In this document: positions 8,546-18,865 of the stretch, in pieces | Layout of the letters: each line of letters begins with the position of its first letter | Numbering within the stretch: the first letter of the stretch is position 1 | Assembly: GCA_021848325.1 (NCBI GenBank) | Contig: JAJZUU010000002.1 | Location: 26,630 to 90,629 of the forward strand | DNA length: 64,000 bases | Direction of reading: 5' to 3' | Origin: Pseudomonadota bacterium | GTDB lineage: Bacteria > Pseudomonadota > Gammaproteobacteria > Burkholderiales > JAJZUU01 | Notes under the pieces: model-generated | Seen by the model: only the letters and a program-made list of their open reading frames with translations | What the model was told of the DNA's origin: nothing | Database searches by the model: none | Translations under genes and position numbers: made by a program

Positions 8546-10609
8546 ATGCAGAGAATCCCTTTTACAGTTGTCAGGATGGCTGCGCTGCTCGTCACGCTGG
8601 CGCTGATCCCCGCGTCCGTTTCCGCCCTCCGCGACACCCTGCGCCAATCGCAGGCCCGCTCCGCCGCCGCCGAGGATCGGGCCGCACGCCTGGCGCACAT
8701 CGCCGCCGCCCGTCAACGCAACGTAATCGGGGCGGTGCACGACGCGCTCAAGACGATCGCCGGACTCTCTTCCATCGCGCGTACCGATGCCGCGGATTGC
8801 AGTGCCTTTTTTTCCAGGCGGCTGGAGGGTTTTTCCGTCCCTGTCCGCAATCTGGGACTGGCGCGGCCCCAGGGGGAAGTCGCATGCAGCGCGCGCGCCT
8901 TTCCGGGCCCGCTTCCCAGGCAGTCGGTGGCGGCCGACGGCGCAACGCTGCTTGTCCCGGCCGGGCAGGCGGTTGCGGTTATCGTCAGCGTACGGATCGC
9001 CGACGACAACAACAACCTCCAGGGCGCTCTATTCGCCATCCTGGACCCGGCTCATATCACGCCGGGGCCGCCGCCGGGAACGGCGCTGACCCTGTTCGAC
9101 CGTTCCGGCCAGGTCGCCACCTACTCCCCCCAGCGCCGGGAATGGGCGAGGCAGGCGGCGGCGGGCAAGCTTTTGCTCCAGGGCATCGGCGGCGGCAAGA
9201 GTCGCTCCACCGCGAAGATGGCCGGACCGGACGGGGTGCGCCGCCGCTACGCCTTCGAGACCGTGGGGCCGGGGCTTTACCTGGCGGTGGGCACTCCAAC
9301 GGAACCGCTCTTTGCGCCAGCCAGGCGGCTTCCATACCTTCAAGCCGCCTGGCTGGCCGGCCTTGTCCTGGGATTTATCCTCCTGGCCGGCATCGGGGGA
9401 GACCGCTTTCTGGGCCGGCGGCTCCGGATGTCGGCGGCAACGGCAGCACGCGCGGCGCGCCGCGCGGCAAGCATGCTGTATCGCGTCTCGGCTCGGCCCT
9501 TGTCCTTTTTCCGCAGACGCCACCTCGCCGCCGAAAAAAAGAGGGGCAAAGACCAGACCAAGATGGAGTTGCGCAAGGCGAACGAGCGCCTGAAGCATTC
9601 CGTGGAACTGCTTGAGCGCCGCACCCGCGCGATGACCGCTCTCACCGAGATGGGCCAGCTTCTGCAGACCTGCACGAATACCGGCGAAATCGACGGGATC
9701 GTCGCCCGGTTCGCCCAGGAGATATTTTCCGCGAATGCCGGTGCCTTGTTCACGGTCGGCCGCGACGCTGTCGAGGCGGAAGCGGTATGGGGGCCCCTCG
9801 GCAGGCAGAAGACGGTATTTCTGCCGGACGAATGCTGGGCCCTGCGGCTCGGCCGGATGCACCGGGTGCAAGGCCCCGGCGCCGGCCCCCACTGCACCCA
9901 TGTCGTCGATGTCCCCGCAGGCGGCTATGCATGCATCCCCTTGGTGGCCCACGGAGAGATCACCGGCATTCTGCATCTGCAAAGCCGCTCCTCCCTGATG
10001 GGCATCGCCGGGGAAGAACAGAATCGGCAAGGGGAGCGACACCTCGTCCAGGCGTTTTCCGAAAGGGTCGCCCAGGTACTCGCCAACCTGCGCTTCCGTG
10101 AGACCCTGCGCGCCCAATCCATCCGCGATCCCCTCACCGGCCTGTACAATCGACGCTTCATGGAAGAAACGCTGGCCATCGAGGAGCGCCGGGCCGCGCG
10201 CAGCAATTCCTCCATCGGCATCATCATGCTGGACATCGACCATTTCAAGCGGATCAACGACGCCGCGGGGCATGACGCCGGCGACGCGGTACTGCGCAGA
10301 GTGGGCGACTTTCTCCATGAACAGGTGCGGGAGGGAGACATCCCCTGCCGCTACGGCGGGGAAGAGTTCACCGTCATCCTGCCCGGAGCCACCCCGGAAA
10401 CCACCCGGCAGCGGGCCGAAGCAATGCGGCGGTGCCTCGCCGAGACCCCGATGGAACACCAGGGCAAGTCACTGGCTCCGATCACCGCATCGTTCGGGGT
10501 GGCGTGCCTTCCCCTTCACGGCTCATCCTGGCAGGCCGTGCTCAAGGCAGCCGACGCGGCCCTCTACCGGGCGAAGCACGCCGGCCGCAACCGCGTGGCG
10601 GTGGCCTAA
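8546..10609 (+). CDS. sensor diguanylate cyclase: periplasmic-type N-domain, TM, coiled coil, GAF, GGDEF
   Basis: RYGGEEF active site with an RxxD I-site (REGD) five residues upstream. LDIDHFKRIND. GAF-like block before it. Two hydrophobic segments. Confidence 0.9.
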   Translation: MQRIPFTVVRMAALLVTLALIPASVSALRDTLRQSQARSAAAEDRAARLAHIAAARQRNVIGAVHDALKTIAGLSSIARTDAADCSAFFSRRLEGFSVPVRNLGLARPQGEVACSARAFPGPLPRQSVAADGATLLVPAGQAVAVIVSVRIADDNNNLQGALFAILDPAHITPGPPPGTALTLFDRSGQVATYSPQRREWARQAAAGKLLLQGIGGGKSRSTAKMAGPDGVRRRYAFETVGPGLYLAVGTPTEPLFAPARRLPYLQAAWLAGLVLGFILLAGIGGDRFLGRRLRMSAATAARAARRAASMLYRVSARPLSFFRRRHLAAEKKRGKDQTKMELRKANERLKHSVELLERRTRAMTALTEMGQLLQTCTNTGEIDGIVARFAQEIFSANAGALFTVGRDAVEAEAVWGPLGRQKTVFLPDECWALRLGRMHRVQGPGAGPHCTHVVDVPAGGYACIPLVAHGEITGILHLQSRSSLMGIAGEEQNRQGERHLVQAFSERVAQVLANLRFRETLRAQSIRDPLTGLYNRRFMEETLAIEERRAARSNSSIGIIMLDIDHFKRINDAAGHDAGDAVLRRVGDFLHEQVREGDIPCRYGGEEFTVILPGATPETTRQRAEAMRRCLAETPMEHQGKSLAPITASFGVACLPLHGSSWQAVLKAADAALYRAKHAGRNRVAVA

Positions 10610-10690
10610 GGAAACACCCGAGGGCATAGCGGGCACTTTACGGTTAACCCGCCACGTCCTCCTCTCCATCCTCCTGTGGTGTAGCATTTC

Positions 10691-10719
10691 GGGCGCAGCA
10701 ATGCGCCCTTCTTTTTTCC
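10691..10719 (+). terminator. intrinsic terminator after the diguanylate cyclase gene
   Basis: gggcgca-gcaa-tgcgccc followed by ttcttttttcc. Confidence 0.6.
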
Positions 10720-10891
10720 TCTTTAACCCACTGTGAACAAATTGCGATTTCCCGTGCATGCCAAAGGGATCGACTATAATGCAACTGCTGCGGCGGACGG
10801 GTACAGGGGATCCAGCGATCCTTTCCCGACAGGACGCGAATCGGCGGCCCCGCCCGGGCTTTCAGACCAATCCGGTCCTCGGAGGACATCG

Positions 10892-11356
10892 ATGATTTCA
10901 CTCACGGTCAACGGCAAGCAGGAACAAGTAGCGGCTAGCCCGGATACGCCGCTGTTATGGGTGCTGCGCGACATCCTCGGCCTTACCGGGACCAAATTCG
11001 GCTGCGGCATCGCCGCCTGCGGGGCGTGCACGGTGCACCTCGACGGGGAGCCCATCCGCTCCTGCGTGACCCCGGTTTCCGCGGCCGCCGGCAGAAGCGT
11101 CACCACCATCGAGGGGCTGTCGGGGGACAGCGGCCATCCCCTGCAGCAGGCCTGGATCGCCGAGCAGGTTCCCCAGTGCGGCTACTGCCAGTCGGGTCAG
11201 ATCATGGCCGCAGCCGGACTGCTGGCGAAAAATCCCGCCCCCAGCGACGCCGACATAGACGCGGCCATGTCCGGCATCATTTGCCGTTGCGGGACCTATC
11301 AGCGGGTGCGCGACGCCATTCACCGCGCCGTCAAGGCAAAACGGGGGGAGGTGTGA
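10892..11356 (+). CDS. [2Fe-2S]-binding small subunit of a molybdenum hydroxylase (IorA / aldehyde oxidoreductase type)
   Basis: [12 protein letters not shown] and QCGYCQSG...CRCGTY cluster motifs. GGAGGA precedes ATG 10892. The track ORF is over-extended 5'. Confidence 0.9.
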   Translation: MISLTVNGKQEQVAASPDTPLLWVLRDILGLTGTKFGCGIAACGACTVHLDGEPIRSCVTPVSAAAGRSVTTIEGLSGDSGHPLQQAWIAEQVPQCGYCQSGQIMAAAGLLAKNPAPSDADIDAAMSGIICRCGTYQRVRDAIHRAVKAKRGEV

Positions 11357-11357
11357 G

Positions 11358-13508
11358 ATGACCCAAACCATCGACCAAGGCCGGCGAACCTTCATCAAGG
11401 CCAGTGCCGCCGTCGGCGGCGGGCTGCTGATCGGATTTTACCTCCCCGCCGCGAGCCGGCTGGCCGAAGCGGCCGAATCCCCGGCCCCACTCCGCCCCAA
11501 CGCATGGATTCGCGTCGGCGAGGACGGCAAGATCACGGTGATCGTGGACAAGTCCGAGATGGGACAGGGCGTGATGACCGCCCTGCCGATGCTGGTGGCC
11601 GAGGAGATGGACGCGGCCTGGAACCAGGTCCGGGTGGAAACCGCCCCGGCCGCCAAGGCCTATATCAACCCCCTGCTGGGGATGCAGGCCACCGGCGGGA
11701 GCAGCAGCGTGCGCGGCTCCTGGGAACCGTTGCGCAAGGCCGGGGCCGCGGCCCGGGAGATGCTGGTGGCGGCCGCCGCGCAAACCTGGGGGGTCAAGGC
11801 GGACGCCTGCCGCGTGGCGAACGGCGAAGTGAGCCACCCGGCCAGCGGGCGGCGCCTGGGCTATGGGGAACTGACCGCCAGGGCGGCCACCCTGCCGGTC
11901 CCCAATGAGGTATTTCTGAAGGACCCCCAGGAGTTCAAGCTGATCGGCAAGCCCGTGCCGCGTCTGGACACGCCGCAGAAAGTGAACGGCAGCGCCGTGT
12001 TCGGGCTGGACGTGAAGGTCCCGGGCATGCTCACCGCCACCGTGGTGCGCTGCCCGGTGTTCGGCGGAAAGGCGGCCTCGTTCGATCCGAAGCAAGCCAA
12101 GCGGATAAGGGGCGTGCGCCATGTGCTGCAAATCGCCTCGGGGGTCGCCGTGGTGGCGGACGGCTTCTGGGCCGCCCAGCAGGGGGCCAAGGCCCTGCAA
12201 GTGCGCTGGGACGAGGGCGCACACGCCGGCCTTTCCAGCGCCGGCATCAGGGACAAATTCGCCACCCTGGCGCAAAGGCCGGGCGCCGTCGCCAGGAGCG
12301 CGGGCGATGCGGCCCGGGCCCTGCAGGGCGCGGCAAGAAAGATCGAGGCGGTGTACGAAGTGCCCTACCTGGCCCACGCCACCATGGAGCCCATGAACTG
12401 CACCGCCCACGTGCGCAAGAACGGCTGCGAGGTCTGGGTCCCCACCCAGGCGCAAGGCCGGGTGCAGCAGACGGTGGCGCAGGTGACCGGCCTGCCGGCG
12501 GAATCGGTCACGGTGCACACCACCTTCCTTGGAGGGGGATTCGGGCGCCGCTTCGAACAGGACTTCGTGGCCGAGGCGGCGCAGATCTCCAAGGCGCTGG
12601 GCGTCCCGGTGAAGGCGGTGTGGACCCGGGAAGACGACATGCAGCACGACTTCTACCGCCCCGCCACCTACAACGCCCTGAGCGCGGGCCTGGACGAAAA
12701 AGGGCTGCCGGTGGCCTGGAGCCACCGTATCGTCGGCCCCTCCATCATGTCCCGGGTGTTTCCCAACATGGTCAAGAACGGCATCGACCCCACTTCGGTG
12801 GAGGGGGCGGCCAACCTGCCCTATGCCATCCCCAACCTGCAAGTGGAATATACCATGCACGATCCGGGCGTGCCGGTGGGGTTCTGGCGCTCCGTGGGCA
12901 GTTCCCAGAACGCCTTTATCACCGAGTGCTTCCTGGACGAACTGGCGGCGGCCGGCGGCAAGGACCCGTTCCATCTGCGCCGCGAACTGTTACACGCCGC
13001 GCCGCGCCACAAGGCGGTGCTGGAATTGGCGGCGGCCAAGGCGGGCTGGGGCAAACCCCTGCCCAAAGGCCTCTATCGCGGCATCGCGGTGCACGAGTCC
13101 TTCACCAGTTTTGTCGCCCAGGTGGCGGAGGTGTCCGTCTCCGGCGAAGGCGAGGTCAAGGTGCACCGGGTGGTATGCGCCGTGGACTGCGGCATGGTGG
13201 TCAACCCGGACACGGTCAGGGCGCAGATGGAAAGCGCCATCGTCTACGGCCTGACCGCCGCGCTCAAGGGAGAGATCACGGTCATGGGCGGCCGCGTGCA
13301 GCAGAGCAACTTCAACGATTACCCGATGTTGCGGATGGACGAAATGCCCCGGGTGGAAGTCTACATCCGACCCGGCGCAGACACCCCGGGGGGCGTGGGC
13401 GAACCGGGCACGCCTCCCATCGCTCCGGCGGTGGCCAACGCGATATTCGCCGCCACCGGCAAGCGCATCCGCCGACTGCCGATCCGCGCCGAGGATCTCA
13501 AGGCATGA
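11358..13508 (+). CDS. molybdopterin-binding large subunit of the hydroxylase (IorB-like), Tat-exported
   Basis: Twin-arginine signal [16 protein letters not shown]. 716 aa aldehyde-oxidase/xanthine-dehydrogenase a/b-hammerhead type sequence. Starts 1 nt after the small-subunit gene ends. Confidence 0.9.
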   Translation: MTQTIDQGRRTFIKASAAVGGGLLIGFYLPAASRLAEAAESPAPLRPNAWIRVGEDGKITVIVDKSEMGQGVMTALPMLVAEEMDAAWNQVRVETAPAAKAYINPLLGMQATGGSSSVRGSWEPLRKAGAAAREMLVAAAAQTWGVKADACRVANGEVSHPASGRRLGYGELTARAATLPVPNEVFLKDPQEFKLIGKPVPRLDTPQKVNGSAVFGLDVKVPGMLTATVVRCPVFGGKAASFDPKQAKRIRGVRHVLQIASGVAVVADGFWAAQQGAKALQVRWDEGAHAGLSSAGIRDKFATLAQRPGAVARSAGDAARALQGAARKIEAVYEVPYLAHATMEPMNCTAHVRKNGCEVWVPTQAQGRVQQTVAQVTGLPAESVTVHTTFLGGGFGRRFEQDFVAEAAQISKALGVPVKAVWTREDDMQHDFYRPATYNALSAGLDEKGLPVAWSHRIVGPSIMSRVFPNMVKNGIDPTSVEGAANLPYAIPNLQVEYTMHDPGVPVGFWRSVGSSQNAFITECFLDELAAAGGKDPFHLRRELLHAAPRHKAVLELAAAKAGWGKPLPKGLYRGIAVHESFTSFVAQVAEVSVSGEGEVKVHRVVCAVDCGMVVNPDTVRAQMESAIVYGLTAALKGEITVMGGRVQQSNFNDYPMLRMDEMPRVEVYIRPGADTPGGVGEPGTPPIAPAVANAIFAATGKRIRRLPIRAEDLKA

Positions 13509-14500
13509 GTGGCGGCGATGCGGACGCGGATGCGCTGCAAAACGCCCTCGCCTGGCTGGAGCATGGCCACCGGGTGGCCCTGGCCACCGTGGCCAAGACC
13601 TGGGGCTCCTCGCCCCGCCCTCCCGGCTCCATGCTGGCGATCCGCGCCGACGGCCGGCTGGCGGGCTCGGTTTCCGGCGGATGCGTGGAACAGGACCTGA
13701 TCGAGCGGGTGCGCGACCTGCCGCCCGGCCTGACCAAGCCCGGGGTGCTGGTCTATGGCGGCAGCCCGGACAACGTCCAACGCTTCGGCCTGCCCTGTGG
13801 CGGCACCCTGCAACTGGTGCTGGAACCGGGGCCCAAGGCGGACGGTTTGCGGCCCGTGCTGGAAGCGATCACCCGGCGCGAACTGATCGCACGCCGCCTG
13901 CACGTCGCAACCGGCCGGGTGGAACTGCACCCCGCCGCTCCCGCCGACGGACCGACCTTCGACGGTCAGACGCTGACCACGGTGCACGGCCCGCGGTGGC
14001 GGCTGCTCATCATCGGGGCCGGCCAGCCTTCCCGCTATCTGGCGCAGATGGCGCCGACCCTGGGCTACCGGGTCATGGTATGCGATCCCCGTAAAGAATA
14101 CGCCGGCGCCTGGGACATAGCGGGGACGGAACTGGTGACCACCATGCCGGACGATGCCGTCACGGCCTGCCGGCCGGATGCCCGATGCGCGGTGGTGGCC
14201 CTCACCCATGACCCGAAGCTGGACGATCTCGCCTTGCTGGAGGCGCTCAAATCGGAAGCCTTCTACGTGGGCGCCCTGGGCTCCCGGACCACCAACGCCA
14301 AGCGCCGCGCCCGCCTGCTGCTGTTCGACCTGGGGCCGGCCCAGCTCGCCCGCCTGCACGGCCCGGTAGGGCTACCCATCGGCAGCCGCACCCCGCCCGA
14401 AATCGCCGTCTCCATCCTGGCCGAGATGACCGCGGTGCGTTACGGCGTGTCGTTGCCGCAACGGCAGATGGTCGCCGAGGCGGCCGCGGCATGCCCTTGA
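13505..14500 (+). CDS. XdhC/CoxI family molybdoenzyme maturation protein
   Basis: [37 protein letters not shown] plus a Rossmann-like [15 protein letters not shown] overlap with the upstream stop. Only the last third of track ORF 12620..14500 is this gene. Confidence 0.85.
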   Translation: MSGGDADADALQNALAWLEHGHRVALATVAKTWGSSPRPPGSMLAIRADGRLAGSVSGGCVEQDLIERVRDLPPGLTKPGVLVYGGSPDNVQRFGLPCGGTLQLVLEPGPKADGLRPVLEAITRRELIARRLHVATGRVELHPAAPADGPTFDGQTLTTVHGPRWRLLIIGAGQPSRYLAQMAPTLGYRVMVCDPRKEYAGAWDIAGTELVTTMPDDAVTACRPDARCAVVALTHDPKLDDLALLEALKSEAFYVGALGSRTTNAKRRARLLLFDLGPAQLARLHGPVGLPIGSRTPPEIAVSILAEMTAVRYGVSLPQRQMVAEAAAACP

Positions 14501-15102
14501 TCTGCGGCATCCTGCTCGCCGCGGGCCGGGCCAGCCGTTTCGGCAGCCACAAACTGCTTTGCCCGCTGCCGGACGGCACCCCGATGGCGGCGGCCTGCGC
14601 CCGCAATCTGTTGCCCGGCGTGGACCGCGCCATCGCCGTGGTGCGGCCGGAAGACGAGCCCCTGGCCCGCCTGCTCCGGGCCGAGGGCATGGAAGTCGCG
14701 CCTTGCGCCACCGCCGCCGAAGGAATGGGGGCAAGCCTGGCCTGGGGCGTGGGCGCTGCCCCCCAGGCCGACGGCTGGCTCATCGTCCTGGCGGACATGC
14801 CGGCCATCCGCCCCGCCACCATGCAGGGGATCGCGCGGCTGCTGCGCCAGGGGGTCTGGGCCGCCGCGCCCGCCTACCGCGGCAGGAGAGGGCACCCCGT
14901 AGGCTTCGGCCAACCATTCCGGGAGGAACTGCTGCGGCTGAAAGGCGATATCGGCGCCCGTCCCCTGCTCGCCCGATATTCCCATCGGCTCCGGATACTG
15001 GACAGCGACGACCCGGGCATCCTGACCGACATCGACACCCCGCGGGACCTGCATGCCTTGGGGCATGCCATTTCGGCCGCAACGGCCGGGCACAAACCCT
15101 GA
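14491..15102 (+). CDS. MobA-like NTP transferase (molybdenum cofactor cytidylyl/guanylyl-transferase, MocA-like)
   Basis: GILLAAGRASRFG..KLL N-terminal motif. 10-nt overlap with the XdhC gene. Confidence 0.8.
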   Translation: MPLICGILLAAGRASRFGSHKLLCPLPDGTPMAAACARNLLPGVDRAIAVVRPEDEPLARLLRAEGMEVAPCATAAEGMGASLAWGVGAAPQADGWLIVLADMPAIRPATMQGIARLLRQGVWAAAPAYRGRRGHPVGFGQPFREELLRLKGDIGARPLLARYSHRLRILDSDDPGILTDIDTPRDLHALGHAISAATAGHKP

Positions 15103-15334
15103 ACGAAACCGCCGCTCACCGTTCCCGCACCCATGCCATCGGCTTGCAAAACCGGCCGCCGTCCCTATATACCTGTATATTCGCGTAATTTGCTCGCTGT
15201 TCTTCATTGCAAGAATGTCGGGTAGCCTATAGAATATTCGGCTATGTCGCACTTCGGCCAGCCCCCGTCGCCACGACTGCTGCGTGAAGGGTATCCGCCG
15301 ACCCTCCTCGGCGGCTTCTCAAGTCCGGAAGCAG

Positions 15335-16540
15335 ATGAAACACCATAAAGCCAGCCTGAATACTGTCTCGAAACGAACCCCGGCGGACGGCGCTTACAAG
15401 ATTCCCGCGCTGAGCGCGCTGTCCGAGATGACGGCCAGCCTGAGCAGCGACAACGACGTCGAGGACCTGCTGAGCCGCTTCCTCAGCACCATGATCCGAT
15501 TGGCCGGGGCCGATGCCGGCGCGGTGCGGGTGATCACGGCGGACGGATCGCACCTGCGGCTGGTGGGCGCCCTGGGGCTGCCGCCGGAGGTGGTGGAAAA
15601 GGAACAATACGTCGCCCTCGGCTGCGGCATCTGCGGCAAGGCGACCCGCGAGCATTCCATCGAATCCAGCAGCGACGAGATATGCCGGGAAAACACCGCG
15701 CTGGGCTATTTCGGCGACCGCTGCAAGAACGTGGTGGCGGTGCCGTTGCGCCACAAGGGCAAGGTCATGGGGGTCTACAACCTGTTCATGGCCTCCGGCC
15801 GCAAGGTCCCGGAAGACGTGTCGCTGCTGTTCTCTTCCATCAGCGAGCACCTGGGCATGGCGCTGGAAAATGCCCGGCTCACCCGGGAAAACATGCGCAT
15901 CACCCTGATGAATGAGCGCCAGATGCTGGCCAACGAGATCCACGACTCCCTGGCGCAGACCCTGGCCTACATGAAAATGCGGGTCGCCATGCTGCGGGAG
16001 GCGTTGAACGCGGACGACCAGACCCTCTCCACCAAATACCTCAACGACGTGGACGACGCCGTGGAATCCGCCTATTCCGGACTGCGCGAACTGATCGGAC
16101 AATTCCGCTACCGCATGGACCCGCGCGGCCTGCTGCCGGCGCTGGAGGACATCATGCGCAGCTTTTGCGACACGTCCGGCGGCACCATCGACTTCACGAA
16201 TTGCACTCAGGACATGAACCTCACCCCCGATCAGGAGGTGCAGGTGTTCCACATCGTGCAGGAAGCCCTGGCAAACATCAGCAAACATGCCCATGCGCGG
16301 CACGTCAAATTGATCATGGAGGTGCAGGACGGCAGATACGTCATCACCATCGACGACGACGGCATCGGCCTGCCGACCGACAACCGCCGGCCGGGGGGCT
16401 TGCACTTCGGCATGAACATCATGCGCGAACGGGCCCAGCGCATCGGCGGCGAGATCACCATCGCCAGCCGGATCGGGGAAGGCACCCGGGTGCGGCTCAT
16501 GTTCCCGGCGGGCAACGGCCGCAGGGAAGGCAGGGCATGA
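15335..16540 (+). CDS. soluble GAF-domain sensor histidine kinase (HisKA_3/NarX-type)
   Basis: No hydrophobic segment. GAF block with GCGICGKA. H-box ANEIHDSLAQTL. C-terminal HATPase (GLPTDNRRPGGLHFGMNIMRERA). Confidence 0.85.
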   Translation: MKHHKASLNTVSKRTPADGAYKIPALSALSEMTASLSSDNDVEDLLSRFLSTMIRLAGADAGAVRVITADGSHLRLVGALGLPPEVVEKEQYVALGCGICGKATREHSIESSSDEICRENTALGYFGDRCKNVVAVPLRHKGKVMGVYNLFMASGRKVPEDVSLLFSSISEHLGMALENARLTRENMRITLMNERQMLANEIHDSLAQTLAYMKMRVAMLREALNADDQTLSTKYLNDVDDAVESAYSGLRELIGQFRYRMDPRGLLPALEDIMRSFCDTSGGTIDFTNCTQDMNLTPDQEVQVFHIVQEALANISKHAHARHVKLIMEVQDGRYVITIDDDGIGLPTDNRRPGGLHFGMNIMRERAQRIGGEITIASRIGEGTRVRLMFPAGNGRREGRA

Positions 16541-17214
16541 AAGATCCGATCCGCGTCGTATTGATCGACGATCACACCCTGTTCCGCATGGGCCTCGCGG
16601 AACTGCTGGAGCGGCGCGGGGCGATCCAGGTGGTGGGGATATCGGGCAACGGCGAGGATGCGCACCAACTGCTGCAGGACAAGCAACCGGACGTGCTCAT
16701 CGTCGACCTGCACATGCCGCCCCTCAACGGTATCTCCCTGGTCAGCCAGTTGCGGGAGGAGGGGTTTACCATCCCCATCCTGGTGCTCACGGTAAGCAAT
16801 GCCGAGGAGGATCTGGCCAACGCCCTGCGCGCCGGTGCCCAGGGTTACCTGCTCAAGGACATCGAACCGGACGAGATGGTGGACGCCATCCGGCGCGCGG
16901 CCCGCGGCGAAACCGTGGTGGCCTCGGCCATGACCATGAAGCTGGTCAAGCTGCTGGAAGGCAAACAGGACACCTCGGAATCCCTGCTCAATTCCCTCAC
17001 CCAGCGCGAACGCGAGATACTCACTCACCTGGCCCACGGCGAGAGCAACAAGACCATCGCCCGTGCGCTGGAGATCAGTCACGACACGGTCAAGCTGCAT
17101 GTGCGGCATATCCTTTCCAAACTGAACCTGACTTCGCGCGTAGAGGCCGCGGTATTTGCCGTAGAGCACAAGATCGGCCTGGCGCGCAATTCCTCTTCGG
17201 GAAACCCCGGCTAG
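16537..17214 (+). CDS. NarL/FixJ-family response regulator (REC + LuxR HTH)
   Basis: VLIDDH...LIVDLHMPPLNG receiver. LTQREREILTHLAHGESNKTIARAL HTH. ATGA overlap with the kinase gene. Confidence 0.9.
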   Translation: MKDPIRVVLIDDHTLFRMGLAELLERRGAIQVVGISGNGEDAHQLLQDKQPDVLIVDLHMPPLNGISLVSQLREEGFTIPILVLTVSNAEEDLANALRAGAQGYLLKDIEPDEMVDAIRRAARGETVVASAMTMKLVKLLEGKQDTSESLLNSLTQREREILTHLAHGESNKTIARALEISHDTVKLHVRHILSKLNLTSRVEAAVFAVEHKIGLARNSSSGNPG

Positions 17215-17378
17215 GAGCCTGTCGGACTTGAAGAATCGTAGCGAAAATTCGGCTGGGCGCGGGCAGATTTTGCCGGTTTTGCAGGTCAATAGTCGTTCTA
17301 TTGACCAAAAAAGCGGTGAAATATGCACCGGCCAGACGGATTTGCAGCCGATTTCCTTTAAGTCCGACAGGCTCCTAG
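17211..17378. mobile_element. MITE-like inverted-repeat element (168 bp)
   Basis: 23-bp terminal inverted repeats, ctaggagcctgtcggacttgaag (17211-17233) and ctttaagtccgacaggctcctag (17356-17378), with 1 mismatch. Internal 9-bp hairpin ggtcaatag-tcgtt-ctattgacc (17284-17306). The left repeat overlaps the TAG stop of the response regulator. TA lies on both flanks. Confidence 0.55.
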
Positions 17379-17427
17379 GCAGCGCCCGAAACGTCTTAAT
17401 CACCTCTGCATGGATGGCTTAACAAGT

Positions 17428-18858
17428 ATGGATTTCTTTCCCATTTTCCTGGACATCAACGGCAAGAACTGCCTGGTCGTGGGCGGCGGCGAGGTGGCTG
17501 CACGCAAGGTCCGCATGCTGCAGAGATCCGGCGCCAAGGTCACCGTCGTGGCGCCTGAACTGGGCCAGGCCCTTGAGATTCAGGCACGCCAGGGCGCGGT
17601 CACCCATCAGCGCGCCGTGTTCAGTCCGGAACAACTGGCAGACGCCGTACTGGTAATCGCCGCAACCAACGATGCAGCGGTCAACCGCCAGGTATCCGAG
17701 ACGGCCAAACGGCAGCGCATTCCGGTCAACGTGGTGGACAGTCCCGCCCTGTGCTCCTTCATCATGCCCTCGGTGATCGACCGCTCCCCGCTGCTGGTCG
17801 CGGTCTCCACCAGCGGCGCGTCCCCGGTGCTGGCGCGGCTGCTGCGGGCGCGGCTGGAGTCCCTCATTCCCGCCGCCTACGGCCAGTTGGCTTCCCTTGC
17901 GGCGAATTTCCGCGACCAGGTGAAAAAGCGCATCTCCCGGCCGGAAAACCGCCGCATTTTCTGGGAGAAGGTGTTCCAGGGGCATGTCGCCGAAATGGTG
18001 TTCGCCGGCAGGGAAAAGGCGGCCCAGCGCGCGCTGCAGGAGCTCCTGGACAGCCAGCAGGGCGACGCACCGACGCGCGGCGAGGTCTACCTGGTGGGCG
18101 CCGGGCCGGGCAACCCGGACCTGCTCACCTTCCGCGCCCTGCGTCTGATGCAGCAAGCGGACGTGGTGGTGTACGACCACCTCGTCGCCCCCACCATCCT
18201 GGACATGGCGCGCCGGGACGCCGACCGCATCTATGTGGGTAAGGAGCGCAACAACCATGCCCTGCCCCAGGAGGCGATCAACGACCTGCTGGTACGGCTG
18301 GCCAAGGAAGGCAAGCGGGTGCTGCGCCTGAAAGGGGGAGACCCCTTCATCTTCGGGCGCGGCGGGGAGGAAATCGAAACCCTGGCCGCCCATGGGGTCG
18401 CGTTCCAGGTGGTGCCCGGCATCACCGCGGCGTCCGGGGTCGCCTCCTACGCGGGGATTCCCCTGACCCATCGCGACTATGCCCAGTCCTGCGTGTTCGT
18501 CACCGGACACCTGAAGGACGGCAGCATGAACCTGGACTGGGAAGCGCTGGCCCGGCCCCGCCAAACCATCGTCATCTACATGGGGCTGCTGGGACTGCCG
18601 GTGCTGTGCTCCCAATTGACGGCTCACGGGCTGCCCGCAGATACCCCTGCCGCCATCGTGCAGCAAGGCACCACCCATCGGCAGCGGGTGCTCACCGGGA
18701 CCCTGGCGACACTTCCGGCGATCACCGCCAGCGCCAATCTGACGCCGCCTACCCTGATCATCGTAGGGGATGTGGTGCGCCTGCACGAGAAGCTGGAATG
18801 GTTCGAGCCGGAGGGCGCCGTCGCCGCCGACATGCCCCCCGGGGCAGAGAAGGTGTAG
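17428..18858 (+). CDS. cysG: siroheme synthase (multifunctional CysG)
   Basis: [24 protein letters not shown]-binding N-domain. [18 protein letters not shown] and [19 protein letters not shown] motifs. Confidence 0.9.
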   Translation: MDFFPIFLDINGKNCLVVGGGEVAARKVRMLQRSGAKVTVVAPELGQALEIQARQGAVTHQRAVFSPEQLADAVLVIAATNDAAVNRQVSETAKRQRIPVNVVDSPALCSFIMPSVIDRSPLLVAVSTSGASPVLARLLRARLESLIPAAYGQLASLAANFRDQVKKRISRPENRRIFWEKVFQGHVAEMVFAGREKAAQRALQELLDSQQGDAPTRGEVYLVGAGPGNPDLLTFRALRLMQQADVVVYDHLVAPTILDMARRDADRIYVGKERNNHALPQEAINDLLVRLAKEGKRVLRLKGGDPFIFGRGGEEIETLAAHGVAFQVVPGITAASGVASYAGIPLTHRDYAQSCVFVTGHLKDGSMNLDWEALARPRQTIVIYMGLLGLPVLCSQLTAHGLPADTPAAIVQQGTTHRQRVLTGTLATLPAITASANLTPPTLIIVGDVVRLHEKLEWFEPEGAVAADMPPGAEKV

Positions 18859-18865
18859 GGCGCGG

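Noticed and set aside
12620-14500. 626-aa ORF that seems to fuse the hydroxylase large-subunit region with XdhC.
   Set aside because: The first two thirds are an alternative frame of the IorB-like gene and read as Arg/Gly/Pro-rich nonsense. The XdhC signature begins only at ATG 13505, which overlaps the upstream stop as ATGA.
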